The notes beneath the pieces are model-generated. The model made no database searches and was not told the DNA's origin. It was given only the letters and a program-made list of their open reading frames with translations. From an uncultured Bacilli bacterium (GTDB lineage Bacteria; Bacillota_I; Bacilli_A; RF39; UBA660), in the NCBI GenBank assembly GCA_934148875.1, contig CAKPDJ010000001.1, positions 5,840 through 69,839 on the forward strand: a DNA stretch of 64,000 nucleotides, read 5' to 3'. This document shows positions 9,711 to 20,482 of the stretch, piece by piece. The translations under genes and the position numbers were made by a program. Numbering within the stretch: position 1 is the first letter of the stretch; each line of letters starts with the position of its first letter.

Positions 9711-11260
9711 TAGTAGAATGTATACGGATTTACCGCATAACTTCCTGAACGGAAAGGATAACCACGGTATACACCAAAGTGTAAGTGAACGCCTGTTGCA
9801 AATCCAGTTTTACCCATTGTACCAATTTGATCTCCTGCCATGACAACATCTCCTACTTGTTTAGTTCTTGATGCCATATGAGCATAAGCAGTATAATACC
9901 CGTTACTATGTTTTATAAATATATAATTACCGTTGTAATCATTATATGATGATTCTACAACTATACCATTGTTGGCAGCTTTAATTACATCTCTGTAACT
10001 ACCACCTATATCTAAACCATCATGGTGTTTTCCCCAACGCCATGAGAATGGACTATTAATAGTAGTAGATTTTGTTGGCCAAACCCAACTACCAATACCT
10101 ACTGGTACATCAGGGTCATATCCCCAATGTGTTACTTCATAACGTTTTGTACCTCTGACTATAATTTTGTTTATAGCTGGTGATAACTCTACTTCACTAA
10201 CTGGTAAAGTATCCTGAATTTCACCATTTTTTAAAGTTATTTTCTTTGTTACTAGAGCTAGTCCATCTTGACCATCTTGTTCAACTTTTTCGGTTCCAAC
10301 ATATTGAGTATTATCATCTTTATAAATTACTTCCATCTTTTTTGTTTCTTTAGAAACAGTATGTTTTACTTCAACTAAATCGAATTGAGGGTTGATTAGT
10401 CCTAGTTTAACAACTTGTCCTGGATATAATAAATCTTTATCTGTTTTGAAATTGCTGTTAGCTATTAAAAATTCTTCTGTTGATAATTTATTATTATTAG
10501 AAATTTCTTCTATGGTGTCACCCGCTTGAACAATATATGTTGCTTGATCCTCTGTTGTACCAAATAATAAAAACTTACTTAAATTTTCTGTTGTTTGATA
10601 TATGGTAGCACCAGCTGGTATACGTTCTTTAGTAATCGTTACTGTATTTTCAATATACAATTTTTCAATTAAACTACCTGTTTCATTTTCCTCTAATTGT
10701 TTTTGAGTACCATTTAGGTAGGAATTATAGGAATCACTATCCACAAAAGCTGTGATAGTTTTATTAACAGAATTAGTAAATACTTCTTTATCTAAAACGT
10801 ATAAAACTATATCATCTGTTTTTACTGTTCCTTCTTCTGTTACTTTCTCAATACCATTTATTTTTATTTTATAACCATCAATAGTAAATGAAGACTCACC
10901 CATTATTTTTTCAATTTTATTATAGGTTTCTTCTATTGTTGATACCTTTTCATTATAAGTAATTTCTTTTACTATATCTAAGTCATTTGGAGCATAAACT
11001 TTGCTGACATTATATTTTTCTTTAAGTAACTGTTGCTTATTATCAATATAGTCTTCAAGTTCCTTTTTAGATTCAATAACTCCTATTGATTTTCCAGCTA
11101 GGTAAACCCTATATAGTTGTCTAGGATTATTCCTATTTTCACTAAATCCTAATATTTTAGCAGAAACTGTATTAGGATTACTACTAATTATTAGAATGAG
11201 GCATGATACTAGAAAAGCAAGTACTGTTATTAAAATTTGCTTTTTATTCATTGTTTTCAC
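9710..11260 (-). CDS. Secreted M23-family metallopeptidase with LysM-like region
   Basis: N-terminal signal/TM segment and a C-terminal M23 peptidase motif (HHDGLDIGG…HLHFGVY). Confidence 0.75.
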   Translation of the reverse strand: MKTMNKKQILITVLAFLVSCLILIISSNPNTVSAKILGFSENRNNPRQLYRVYLAGKSIGVIESKKELEDYIDNKQQLLKEKYNVSKVYAPNDLDIVKEITYNEKVSTIEETYNKIEKIMGESSFTIDGYKIKINGIEKVTEEGTVKTDDIVLYVLDKEVFTNSVNKTITAFVDSDSYNSYLNGTQKQLEENETGSLIEKLYIENTVTITKERIPAGATIYQTTENLSKFLLFGTTEDQATYIVQAGDTIEEISNNNKLSTEEFLIANSNFKTDKDLLYPGQVVKLGLINPQFDLVEVKHTVSKETKKMEVIYKDDNTQYVGTEKVEQDGQDGLALVTKKITLKNGEIQDTLPVSEVELSPAINKIIVRGTKRYEVTHWGYDPDVPVGIGSWVWPTKSTTINSPFSWRWGKHHDGLDIGGSYRDVIKAANNGIVVESSYNDYNGNYIFIKHSNGYYTAYAHMASRTKQVGDVVMAGDQIGTMGKTGFATGVHLHFGVYRGYPFRSGSYAVNPYTFY

Positions 11261-12605
11261 CCTTATTATCTTTCATAAAATTTAGGAAGGTACTGGTACT
11301 CTTTCTAAATAGTAAATCTATTTTTCCGGTTGGTCCATTACGGTGTTTTCCTATTATTAATTCACTTAGGCTTGGGTCAGGGGCTTCGCCTATTTCTTTT
11401 GCTGTTTGATAATAGTCATCTCTATATAGTAGAGCAACTATATCGGCATCTTGTTCAATTGATCCTGATTCACGTAAATCGCTCATTTTTGGTCTTTTAT
11501 CTTCTCTTTGTTCAACACCACGTGATAACTGAGCTAAGGCTATTACAGGAATTTTTAATTCCATTGCCATTTTCTTTAAACTTCTTGAAATATCGGTTAT
11601 TTCGGCTTGACGATTATTTCCATAATTACCACCCATAGTTAATAACTGTAAGTGGTCTATTATTACTAAGTCTAATCCACTTTCACCGGTTGCTAAACGA
11701 CGACATTTTGACTTTATATCACCAACAGTTACACCAGCATCATCTGATATAAATAATTTGGCACCAGCAAGTTGGCTTTTAGCTTCAGTAATTCTTTTCC
11801 AATCTTCGTTAACTATATTACCACTAGTTAGTTTAGTTCCTTCTATTTGTCCAAGGGAAGAAATCATACGGGCAGCTAATTGCTCAGCACCCATTTCTAG
11901 TGAAAAGATAGCTACTGTTTTATCAGTATGGGTAGTTACATAGGTAGCTAAATTTAGAGCAAAGGCAGTTTTACCCATGGCTGGACGAGCTGCTAGAATT
12001 ATTAATTGATTTTCGTGAAGTCCTGAAGTTAGTTTATCAAATTCATACCATCCTGTTGGAATACCGGTTATTTCACCTTTTGAAGTAGCCAGTTTCTCTA
12101 AATTAGTTTGAACCTCATTTAGGATTTCTTGAATTGACTTAAACTCTGATGAACGTCTATTTCTAATAATGCCTACAATCTTACTTTCAACTTGGTCTAA
12201 TATATCTGAAACCTCACCCTCATGTTCATAAGCAAGTGTAGCTATTTCAGTTGAGGTATCAATTACACTTCGTAACATATAGTTATCTTCTACTATTTTT
12301 ATATAATATTCTACATTAGCAGCCGTTGGCACCATACTTATTAGTTCAGTTAAATATTCTACTCCACCAGCATCATTCAATTTATTAGATTGATTTAATT
12401 CAGCTGTGATAGTAGTCATATCAATTGGTACTTTTTTATTATGTAAATCAACAATAGCTTGGAAAATTATTTGGTGTTTGTCTAAATAAAACGACTTGGC
12501 AAATAATTTATCGGTAGCTTTTTCGATTGCTAATGGGGATAAAAACATTGCTCCTAGTACAGATTGCTCTGCAACTATATCATTAGGAATTGTTTTTACT
12601 GCCAT
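11244..12605 (-). CDS. dnaB: Replicative DNA helicase DnaB (DnaC in B. subtilis nomenclature)
   Basis: DnaB N-terminal domain and a RecA-like domain with Walker A (ARPAMGKTAFALNLA). Confidence 0.95.
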   Translation of the reverse strand: MAVKTIPNDIVAEQSVLGAMFLSPLAIEKATDKLFAKSFYLDKHQIIFQAIVDLHNKKVPIDMTTITAELNQSNKLNDAGGVEYLTELISMVPTAANVEYYIKIVEDNYMLRSVIDTSTEIATLAYEHEGEVSDILDQVESKIVGIIRNRRSSEFKSIQEILNEVQTNLEKLATSKGEITGIPTGWYEFDKLTSGLHENQLIILAARPAMGKTAFALNLATYVTTHTDKTVAIFSLEMGAEQLAARMISSLGQIEGTKLTSGNIVNEDWKRITEAKSQLAGAKLFISDDAGVTVGDIKSKCRRLATGESGLDLVIIDHLQLLTMGGNYGNNRQAEITDISRSLKKMAMELKIPVIALAQLSRGVEQREDKRPKMSDLRESGSIEQDADIVALLYRDDYYQTAKEIGEAPDPSLSELIIGKHRNGPTGKIDLLFRKSTSTFLNFMKDNKGENNE

Positions 12606-12618
12606 GGTATCACCTACT

Positions 12619-13059
12619 TTACTTTACTAATTGAACTTTTAATTCAGCCTTTACTTCTTTATATAGAGTGACTAATACTTTGTGAAATCCTAATGATTGA
12701 AGTGATGTAACCAACTCTATTTGTTTCTTATCTATTTTGTATCCTTTTTTTAATAATTCTTCTTTTATTTGCTTAGGACTTATACTACCAAAGACCTTAT
12801 CTTTGTCTCCAGTCTTAACTTTAAATACTAAAGTCAATTTTTCTAATTCTTGTTTTAATGTTTCAGCTTCTTTAGTTAATATTAATTCTTCTTCTTTTTT
12901 AGCATCATTTTCTTTTTTGACATTTTCCATGTTTTTTTCTGTTACTTGAATAGCATAACCATTTTTTATTAAGTAGTTTTGAGCATAACCATCTTTAACT
13001 TCTTTAATGTCACCTTTTTTTGCTTGTTTTTTTAGGTCTTTTACAAATATAACTTTCAT
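12619..13059 (-). CDS. rplI: 50S ribosomal protein L9
   Basis: MKVIFVKDLKKQAKKGDIKEVKDGYAQNYL is characteristic of L9. Confidence 0.95.
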   Translation of the reverse strand: MKVIFVKDLKKQAKKGDIKEVKDGYAQNYLIKNGYAIQVTEKNMENVKKENDAKKEEELILTKEAETLKQELEKLTLVFKVKTGDKDKVFGSISPKQIKEELLKKGYKIDKKQIELVTSLQSLGFHKVLVTLYKEVKAELKVQLVK

Positions 13060-13069
13060 AATATCCCTC

Positions 13070-14026
13070 CTAATTCAATAATGTTATCAAATATTCTTCT
13101 ACTTCTTTCAATGTTTTATCTTTAATCTGGGCAGCTGCATCATAGTTGTCTCCTCCACCACCTAGTTTTTCAGCTAGTGAACCAACATTATATGTTCCAT
13201 CACTTCTAGCACTTAGTCCTACACCACCATCAATACGATTACCTATAACAAATGATGCTTCTATTTTATTGAATTGTAGTAATGTGTCTGCTATTTTAGC
13301 CAATTCTTCACGTTTATATTTTAGCTGTTCTGGTGCAACTGATAGTGCATATTTATTGTTTATTACTTTGACTTCAGTAATAACTTTTTGTCTTATTATA
13401 TAATCTTTAATGTCTTGTTTCAAGAAATATTGAACTTTTTTAGGATTTGCACCTTGACTAGCTAAATAATAGGCTGCTTTATATGTTTTACTACTTGTTT
13501 TAACTACAAAATTATTTGTATCTAGAACAATACCTGCTAATATAAAAGTAGATAATTGCGGATTTATTTTTACATTGAATTTATCTATTAAGTTTGCAAC
13601 TATTTCACAGGCACTAGAAGCATTTTCATTAATAACACGAATACTTTCTTTAATAGTTTGGCTGGTTTCTTGGTGATGGTCTAGTATTATAACCTTATTA
13701 AAGTTTTCTAGAATCTTACTATTTTGAAGTAACTCTTGCTTATTAGTGTCTACTATAACTAAAATACTTTTATTATAAAGATATTTTGATATTTCAGTAC
13801 TTGGAATAATATTAATAGTTTTAATTATTTCTTTTAATACTTTACCAACTGCTGGTTCATGTTTTTTATCATCTATAATTATATAACTTGATTTTTTAAA
13901 ATTACTAGCTATGGCTGTTACACCAATACAAGCACCTAGAGCATCTAAATCAAGATTTTTATGAGCTACAATAAAAATATTTTTACTTTTTTTTAATTCT
14001 CTTTTTATTTTGCTTTCTATTCTCAT
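13070..14026 (-). CDS. Stand-alone DHH/DHHA1 phosphoesterase (GdpP-core/NrnA-like)
   Basis: DHH motifs (DLDALGA, ILDHHQ) and a DHHA1 GGGG motif. The ORF-track start at 14038 is TTG; the ATG at 14024-14026 has a GGAG RBS. It occupies the gdpP position upstream of rplI but lacks TM, PAS and GGDEF domains. Confidence 0.8.
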   Translation of the reverse strand: MRIESKIKRELKKSKNIFIVAHKNLDLDALGACIGVTAIASNFKKSSYIIIDDKKHEPAVGKVLKEIIKTINIIPSTEISKYLYNKSILVIVDTNKQELLQNSKILENFNKVIILDHHQETSQTIKESIRVINENASSACEIVANLIDKFNVKINPQLSTFILAGIVLDTNNFVVKTSSKTYKAAYYLASQGANPKKVQYFLKQDIKDYIIRQKVITEVKVINNKYALSVAPEQLKYKREELAKIADTLLQFNKIEASFVIGNRIDGGVGLSARSDGTYNVGSLAEKLGGGGDNYDAAAQIKDKTLKEVEEYLITLLN

Positions 14027-14123
14027 AACTATCTCCAATCCATAAGGTAATTATACTACAAAATAGAGTATCTGTCATTTTTTAATGTATAATTAGAAAA
14101 GAAAAAGATGACTATTAGCCATC

Positions 14124-14339
14124 TTATTTAGTATAAGGTAATAAAGCAATTGCACGAGCACGTTTAATTTGTTCTGCTATATGTCTTTGGTGTTTAGCAC
14201 AAGCTCCTGTAATTCTTCTAGGTAAGATTTTACCTTTATCATTTATATATTTCTTTAAAGTATCTACATCTTTATAGTTAATATCTTTTCCAGTACACAT
14301 GTAACATACTTTTTTCTTTTTTCTATAAAATTCTGCCAT
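14124..14339 (-). CDS. rpsR: 30S ribosomal protein S18
   Basis: CYMCTG…[20 protein letters not shown] is the S18 signature. Confidence 0.95.
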   Translation of the reverse strand: MAEFYRKKKKVCYMCTGKDINYKDVDTLKKYINDKGKILPRRITGACAKHQRHIAEQIKRARAIALLPYTK

Positions 14340-14356
14340 TTACTTTTCCTCCTTCT

Positions 14357-14833
14357 TTAGAATGGTAATTCATCATCACTAATCTCAATAGAAGATCCAA
14401 AGTCTGCAAATGGATCATTTGATACATCTGTAGTTGCTGGTTCAGCTGAAGATGCAAAATCATATGGTGTTGCGTTATCATTAAATGCTGGTTGAGCATT
14501 TGAACTAGCTCCATTAGATCTTGAACCTAAAAATTGAACATTATCGGCAACAACTTCTGTTACATATCTCTTTTGTCCATCTTGGCCATCATAACTTCTT
14601 GTTTGAATACGACCTTCGATTGCTACTTGACTACCTTTAGTTAAATAGTTTTTACAATTCTCAGCTTGTTTTCTCCAAACAACGATATTGATGAAATCTG
14701 CTTCTCTTTCTCCACTTTGATTAGTAAATGTTCTATCAACAGCAATACTAAATGATGCTGTTGGGATATTACTACTAGTATATCTTAGTTCTGGGTCTCT
14801 TGTTAATCTTCCGATTAAAATAACTTTATTCAT
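14357..14833 (-). CDS. ssb: Single-stranded DNA-binding protein
   Basis: OB-fold N-terminus (MNKVILIGRLTRDPELRYT) and an acidic C-terminal tail (DDELPF). Confidence 0.95.
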   Translation of the reverse strand: MNKVILIGRLTRDPELRYTSSNIPTASFSIAVDRTFTNQSGEREADFINIVVWRKQAENCKNYLTKGSQVAIEGRIQTRSYDGQDGQKRYVTEVVADNVQFLGSRSNGASSNAQPAFNDNATPYDFASSAEPATTDVSNDPFADFGSSIEISDDELPF

Positions 14834-14846
14834 ATTATTACCTCTC

Positions 14847-15137
14847 TTAGTCTTCTACTCTTACTATTAAGTGACGAAGAATATTTTCATTGATTAATGA
14901 TAAACGATCAAATTCTTTAGTTGCTGTTAAATCTTCAGTCTCAATAGTAAATAAGAAATAATAACCAGTCTTATACTTATTAATTTCATAAGCTAAGTCA
15001 CGTTGTCCCATCTCTTTTAGTTCTAATACTTTAGCGTTATTAGATTCTAATACTGATTTCATATCATTAGCTACTTGTTTAATAGCAGTTTCTTCTAAAT
15101 CAGGTTTTACGATGAACATAATTTCATACTTTCTCAT
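14847..15137 (-). CDS. rpsF: 30S ribosomal protein S6
   Basis: MRKYEIMFIVKPDLEE is the S6 signature. Confidence 0.95.
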   Translation of the reverse strand: MRKYEIMFIVKPDLEETAIKQVANDMKSVLESNNAKVLELKEMGQRDLAYEINKYKTGYYFLFTIETEDLTATKEFDRLSLINENILRHLIVRVED

Positions 15138-15208
15138 TTTCTACACCTCCTCTTGGTCATTTGGCTATTTCTAGCAAGGAGTATTAAAATACTCGCTAGT
15201 AATATATC

Positions 15209-15248
15209 AAAAAAAAGCATTATTGTAAATGCTTTTTGTGTTTTTTTT
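15209..15248. terminator. Hairpin terminator
   Basis: aaagcatt-attgta-aatgcttt stem-loop flanked by an A-run upstream and a T-run downstream. It lies between rpsF and the 15247 gene. Confidence 0.55.
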
Positions 15249-15852
15249 ATGATTTTAGACGATTTAAACTCATTTCTAAATTTAACTGTTCTAAAGTTCT
15301 AGTTGTGGTTGGATTAGCATAGCATAATTCCTCTAATTGTTTCTTTTGTTCTGATGTTTTACCATAACTTCCTTGAACATATATATCGATAAAAGTAGAA
15401 ATATTGTCGCTTATCCATTGTTTATATGAATCTGTTTTACCAGAATACACCATGTCACTAACAAATTTTGAATACTCTTCAGATGTATCAGTTGGAATTA
15501 ATTTTCTTAATATAGTTTCACTATAATTCCATTTTTCTATTAATGTTTTTAAAAACAGAAAAACTAATTTATCTCGCCCTATTCTTACGATTTGGTTTCT
15601 TATTTCAAATTTGCTGGTAAAAGCATTATTATTACCACTCATGTAACCATTTAATACTTCTTTTGCTAATTCCTTTTCTTGATACTCGTTAATATTAGGA
15701 AGTTGTTTTCTAATTGTGGTAGAGATAGAAAAATCTAAGTATTTTGAAATGTCTATAAGCCCTGTTACACCATTAAAATCAGGAATATTAGTAATATCAA
15801 AATTAGGACTTGTATAATCAAACGTTTGTGTATCATTGTACATATTTATCAC
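15247..15852 (-). CDS. Hypothetical protein
   Basis: 201 aa intact ORF with no recognisable motif. It is co-directional with helD and immediately downstream of it. Confidence 0.5.
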   Translation of the reverse strand: MINMYNDTQTFDYTSPNFDITNIPDFNGVTGLIDISKYLDFSISTTIRKQLPNINEYQEKELAKEVLNGYMSGNNNAFTSKFEIRNQIVRIGRDKLVFLFLKTLIEKWNYSETILRKLIPTDTSEEYSKFVSDMVYSGKTDSYKQWISDNISTFIDIYVQGSYGKTSEQKKQLEELCYANPTTTRTLEQLNLEMSLNRLKS

Positions 15853-15891
15853 CTATGATAATTATAACATACTTTTTATTTATACTTATTA

Positions 15892-17931
15892 TTAATTTTG
15901 ATTATAAATTATTAATTGATGTTGACATCTAGTGCAGGCTACATAGTATAAGTATTTTTCTTCTTTAGTATATTTATTATTTTTATCTGTATAAATAATA
16001 ACTGAATCAAATTCTAATCCTTTGGCTGTATAGGCTGGAACTACTATTAGATTTCTGTTAAATTTCTCAGTATTTGTTTCTAATAAACTTAATTCAGAAT
16101 TAGTATCTTTTAATAAATTATATATTTTACTTGCTTCTTCATCTGTTTTAGTAATAATAGCGATTGATTTATAATTTTCCTTTAACTTGGCAATGTCATT
16201 GTTTAAGTCTTCTTTTAAGTTTAATTCTTCTTTAATTAATACTGGTAAGTGATTTTCTTTACGAATTGCGGTAACATAATTAAGACCTAATATTTTGTTT
16301 GTATATTCTATTATTTCTTTACTAGAACGATAGGTTTTAGTTAACTCTAAAAATTTAGTATCTTCATCAAATATTTCTTCTAATTCCTTAAGACTTTCAT
16401 ATTTATAATATGGATTTATAGTTTGATTAACATCGCCTAGAATGGTAAATCCAGCTGTTGGGAAAATACTTTTAATTACTTGATACTGTAGTTTATTATA
16501 ATCTTGAGCCTCATCTATTACGATCTGTTTTATTTTTCCATAATAATTAAAGCCTTGTAATAAACCTTTAATGTATATAAATAAACAAGCATCTTCATAA
16601 GAAATATCTTTATTATTTGTAAACTCTTTTATTTCACTATCAGATAAATATTTGGTATAGCTATTGGTAAAATACTCACTGTAATAAAAATTTTTGTATA
16701 TTTCTTTAATGTTTATTTTTTTGTTTAACCTTTTATATAATTCTGATACTAACTTTTTGTGATTTGTTTTCTTACCATTATAATGAGTATCACATATTTT
16801 GGTAGCTATTACAGGAATAATATCGTAAAATTTTAGATGATTATAACGCTCGCGTAAAAAATAATTTAATTCATCTTTTGTATAGGTAAAATCTCTAGTA
16901 TCTAAATCATCAATAAAACATATTTCATTTCTAAGATTATCAATATAATTCTTTATATCTATAGCTGCTTGGTTGCTTTGTTTATATTTTATTAATTCCT
17001 TATTTATCGTTTTATCTTTATAAAATCTTTCAATAAACTTGGTAAATTCTTCAACATGATGATATTCATTTATATTTGATTCCATAAATTTATTAAATGT
17101 CGTTTGGAGAGTATTATCTTCTCCTAATTCCGGAAGAACATTTGAAATATATTCTGAGAAAACTTGGTTTGGAGAAAAGATTAAAACATTTTGTGAAGAT
17201 AAATTTTTAATTTTATATAGAAGGAATGCTATTCTATGTAGTGCTACACTTGTCTTACCACTTCCGGCAATACCTTGAACAATAAGCGTTTTATCCTCAG
17301 TATTTCTAATTACTTTGTTTTGTTCTTGTTGGATTGTATTAACAATGTTTTTCATTTTATCATTTGAATCTTCTGCTAGAACCTGCTGTAATACATCATC
17401 TTCAATATTGATACTAGTATCAAATATTCCTTTTAGTTTTCCATCTTCTATTTTGTATTGTCTTTTAACTTTTAAATCGCCACTTACTAATCCATCTGGA
17501 GATAAATAACTAGCTTTACCAACTTCATGATCATAAAATAAGCTACATATAGGACTTCGCCAATCGTGAATATAATATTCTAAATCATCCTCAACATGAG
17601 TAATACCAATATATATTTCTTCCTCATTTATGTTATCTCTAAAAATTATCTTACCAAAATACGGATTACCTTGAATTCTAAATAATGTCTGAAAATATTT
17701 ACTTTTTCTTTCCATTTTTAATACTTCAGCATCTGATTCAGCCATCATAAAGCGCATTTCGGCTGGATCCATATCATGTTTTGAGTCCCATATTAATTCT
17801 TTGAATTCTTGAATTTTATCTTCTTTATCATAAAATTCTTGTCCTAATTCTGAAATCTTATTACGAACAATTTTTAGTGTTCTATCTAGGTGGTTTTCTT
17901 CATACATTTTTTCTTTTTGACTTAACTCCAT
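15892..17931 (-). CDS. helD: HelD-like UvrD-family helicase (RNA polymerase recycling factor)
   Basis: Walker A (GIAGSGKTSVALHRIAFLLY), DEAQD and TYRSS motifs, and a C-terminal UvrD_C-like region (KGLEFD…VACTRC). Confidence 0.85.
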   Translation of the reverse strand: MELSQKEKMYEENHLDRTLKIVRNKISELGQEFYDKEDKIQEFKELIWDSKHDMDPAEMRFMMAESDAEVLKMERKSKYFQTLFRIQGNPYFGKIIFRDNINEEEIYIGITHVEDDLEYYIHDWRSPICSLFYDHEVGKASYLSPDGLVSGDLKVKRQYKIEDGKLKGIFDTSINIEDDVLQQVLAEDSNDKMKNIVNTIQQEQNKVIRNTEDKTLIVQGIAGSGKTSVALHRIAFLLYKIKNLSSQNVLIFSPNQVFSEYISNVLPELGEDNTLQTTFNKFMESNINEYHHVEEFTKFIERFYKDKTINKELIKYKQSNQAAIDIKNYIDNLRNEICFIDDLDTRDFTYTKDELNYFLRERYNHLKFYDIIPVIATKICDTHYNGKKTNHKKLVSELYKRLNKKINIKEIYKNFYYSEYFTNSYTKYLSDSEIKEFTNNKDISYEDACLFIYIKGLLQGFNYYGKIKQIVIDEAQDYNKLQYQVIKSIFPTAGFTILGDVNQTINPYYKYESLKELEEIFDEDTKFLELTKTYRSSKEIIEYTNKILGLNYVTAIRKENHLPVLIKEELNLKEDLNNDIAKLKENYKSIAIITKTDEEASKIYNLLKDTNSELSLLETNTEKFNRNLIVVPAYTAKGLEFDSVIIYTDKNNKYTKEEKYLYYVACTRCQHQLIIYNQN

Positions 17932-18057
17932 TTTTACCTCCTTTAAACGCCAAAAAAACGATATTTTTCAATCGTCTATATTTATCCGTAAATACTGGGT
18001 GCAAATTGATAATATCATTTTATCGTTTATTTGTCTAGAATAAAAGAAAAAAACTGA

Positions 18058-18699
18058 TTAATCATCAGCTTTTCCAAATAATCTTAATAAATCGATAAAT
18101 ATATTAATAAAGTCTAAGTATAGTTCAAAGGCTCCTATTACAGCAAGATTATCTTCAGCAAGGAAACCATTTAATCTTTTAATTTTTTGTACATCATAGG
18201 CAATATAACCTAAGAAAATAATGATGCTTATACATGAAATCACTAAATCAAATGTAGAATTTCCTAAGAAAATATTTATAATACTACAAATAATTATACC
18301 TAATAACATCATTAATAGGTAAGTTCCTAATTTACTTAAATCTATTTTAGTGGTTTTACCTATTAGGGCAAACACTAAAAATAATAATGATGTAATACCA
18401 AAAACTAATAATATTGATTCTAGTTTATAAACTATAAATACTGATGAAAATGTTAAACCTGTTAAGAATGTATATAATAAATAACATATTCTAGCTGTTG
18501 TTGGACTCATTTTGTGGATTCTTGCTGATAAAAATATTGCTAGTAATAATTCTACTACCACTAATATCCAGTAGAAACCTCCGCTAAATATTACTGATAA
18601 TGCTGATTCATTTGTGGTTGTATAAATGCCTGTTAAAAATGTCATTAGCATACCTATAAATAACCATAGGAATACTTTTGAATATATTTTATTTTCCAT
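18058..18699 (-). CDS. Bax inhibitor-1/YccA-family membrane protein
   Basis: 213 aa protein with ~7 predicted TM helices and a charged C-terminus (LFGKADD) typical of the BI-1 family. Confidence 0.55.
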   Translation of the reverse strand: MENKIYSKVFLWLFIGMLMTFLTGIYTTTNESALSVIFSGGFYWILVVVELLLAIFLSARIHKMSPTTARICYLLYTFLTGLTFSSVFIVYKLESILLVFGITSLLFLVFALIGKTTKIDLSKLGTYLLMMLLGIIICSIINIFLGNSTFDLVISCISIIIFLGYIAYDVQKIKRLNGFLAEDNLAVIGAFELYLDFINIFIDLLRLFGKADD

Positions 18700-18713
18700 T
18701 ATTTTTCCTCCAT

Positions 18714-19151
18714 TTACATTCTATGTCTATGTTCTTCAACTTTTGATTGTTCTTCAATAGTAATATTATTAGCTGCTAGTACCTCTTTTATTTTAGAAAC
18801 GATATTATAATCTACAATCGCATTAGCAACATATCTATTTTCATTGTCATCAGAAACTTTAGTATATGCTGGTATTATTCCAATAAGTGGATATAACATT
18901 TTTGATATATCACTGACTGTCATTCCATCACTATGTTTTTCTATTATAATAGAATGAATATATGGATAAGTAGTCATTCTGGTAAGACTACCAAGTCCAT
19001 CTGGAGTTAGATAATTTGTTTGATTGTTATTTGAAAATAAATCTTCCATTGTTACTTCTACATTGGCAATAATTTGTTTATTCTCTTTCACGTTCATTGA
19101 TATTGTTTCTGCATTTTCTAGTTGGCTATGTTTGATATTTAATAGTTCCAT
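18714..19151 (-). CDS. Hypothetical protein
   Basis: 145 aa intact ORF between ychF and the BI-1 gene. Confidence 0.5.
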   Translation of the reverse strand: MELLNIKHSQLENAETISMNVKENKQIIANVEVTMEDLFSNNNQTNYLTPDGLGSLTRMTTYPYIHSIIIEKHSDGMTVSDISKMLYPLIGIIPAYTKVSDDNENRYVANAIVDYNIVSKIKEVLAANNITIEEQSKVEEHRHRM

Positions 19152-19162
19152 TTTGTTCTCCT

Positions 19163-20263
19163 TTATACATTAAATCTAAAATAGCATATATCGCCATCTT
19201 GCATTATGTAATCCTTTCCTTCTAGTCTAGCACGTCCTGCCTCTTTTACTTTTAACTCACTTCCGCAAGATATTAAATCATCATATGACATAACTTCGGC
19301 TCTAATAAAGCCTTTTTCAAAATCAGTATGGATAATACCAGCACATTCTTTAGCATTCATTCCTTTTTTGAAAGTCCATGCTCTTACTTCATCTTTTCCT
19401 ACAGTAAAATAGGTTGCTAGTCCTAATAAATCATAGGTTGCTTTAATAAGTTTATCCAAACCACTCATTTCTATTCCTAATGCAGCTAGCATTTCTTGGT
19501 GATCATCATCTTCTAGTTGACTTAGTTCTTCTTCGATTTTTGCACAAACTTTTATTACTTTGGCATTTTCTTTACTAGCATATTCTTTTACCCTTTGAAC
19601 ATAATCATTATCTTTGGTAGCAACTTCGTCTTCATTTATATTAGCCATATAAATAATTGGTTTTAGGGTAAGAAAATTATATGATTTTATAGCATGTAAT
19701 TCTCCTTTAGTAAAATCTACAGTTCTTAATGCCTCATTTTTTTCAAGAGCTAGTTTAGCTTTTGTAAGGGCTTCTAATTCTTGGATATCATCCTTATCTT
19801 TTCCAGCCTTTACTTTTTTTTCTATTTTTTCAATTCTATTACCAATACTTTCTAAATCTGCTAATACTAATTCTAGATTAATAATTTCAATGTCCCTAAT
19901 TGGGTCAACTTCACCTTCTACATGAATAATATCTTTATTATCAAAACATCTTACTACTTCCACAATAGCATCAGTTTCTCTAATATGAGATAGAAATTTA
20001 TTTCCTAAACCTTCACCTTGGCTAGCACCTTTTACTAATCCCGCAATATCAGTAAATTCAAAAGCTGTTGGTATTAATCTAGTTGGGTTGTATAAATCAT
20101 TAAGAATTTCTAATCTTTCATCTGGTACTGTTACTACACCAACATTAGGTTCAATTGTAGCAAAAGGATAATTTGCTGCTAGAATACTTTTCTTGGTAAT
20201 TGCATTAAATAAAGTTGATTTTCCGACGTTTGGAAGTCCTACTATTCCTGCTGTTAATCCCAT
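19163..20263 (-). CDS. ychF: Ribosome-binding ATPase YchF
   Basis: G1 motif [16 protein letters not shown], a TGS domain and the C-terminal YchF domain. Confidence 0.95.
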   Translation of the reverse strand: MGLTAGIVGLPNVGKSTLFNAITKKSILAANYPFATIEPNVGVVTVPDERLEILNDLYNPTRLIPTAFEFTDIAGLVKGASQGEGLGNKFLSHIRETDAIVEVVRCFDNKDIIHVEGEVDPIRDIEIINLELVLADLESIGNRIEKIEKKVKAGKDKDDIQELEALTKAKLALEKNEALRTVDFTKGELHAIKSYNFLTLKPIIYMANINEDEVATKDNDYVQRVKEYASKENAKVIKVCAKIEEELSQLEDDDHQEMLAALGIEMSGLDKLIKATYDLLGLATYFTVGKDEVRAWTFKKGMNAKECAGIIHTDFEKGFIRAEVMSYDDLISCGSELKVKEAGRARLEGKDYIMQDGDICYFRFNV

Positions 20264-20429
20264 ACTTATACCTCTTTTCTTAGTACATTATATCATTTAT
20301 TTGATAAAAATCATATATTTTTAACGTTTTCACATAATATAACATATTAATTTAGCGGATAAAAGAGTAAAATTTAAAAATTTTATTTACCTTGATCATT
20401 ACCTTTTTCAAAAAATATATTTTCTTATA

Positions 20430-20476
20430 TTAAAAAACAAAGAATAGTAATATTTATTTCTTACTATTCCTTGTTT
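20430..20476 (-). terminator. Strong hairpin terminator for the minus-strand ABC operon
   Basis: 15-bp inverted repeat with one mismatch (aacaaagaatagtaa … ttactattccttgtt). A T-run follows it on the minus strand. Confidence 0.6.
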
Positions 20477-20482
20477 ACTTTT

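Noticed and set aside
14323-14514. A 63-aa ORF overlapping the rpsR start and the ssb 3' end
   Set aside because: Alternative-frame artefact inside the tightly packed rpsF–ssb–rpsR operon.
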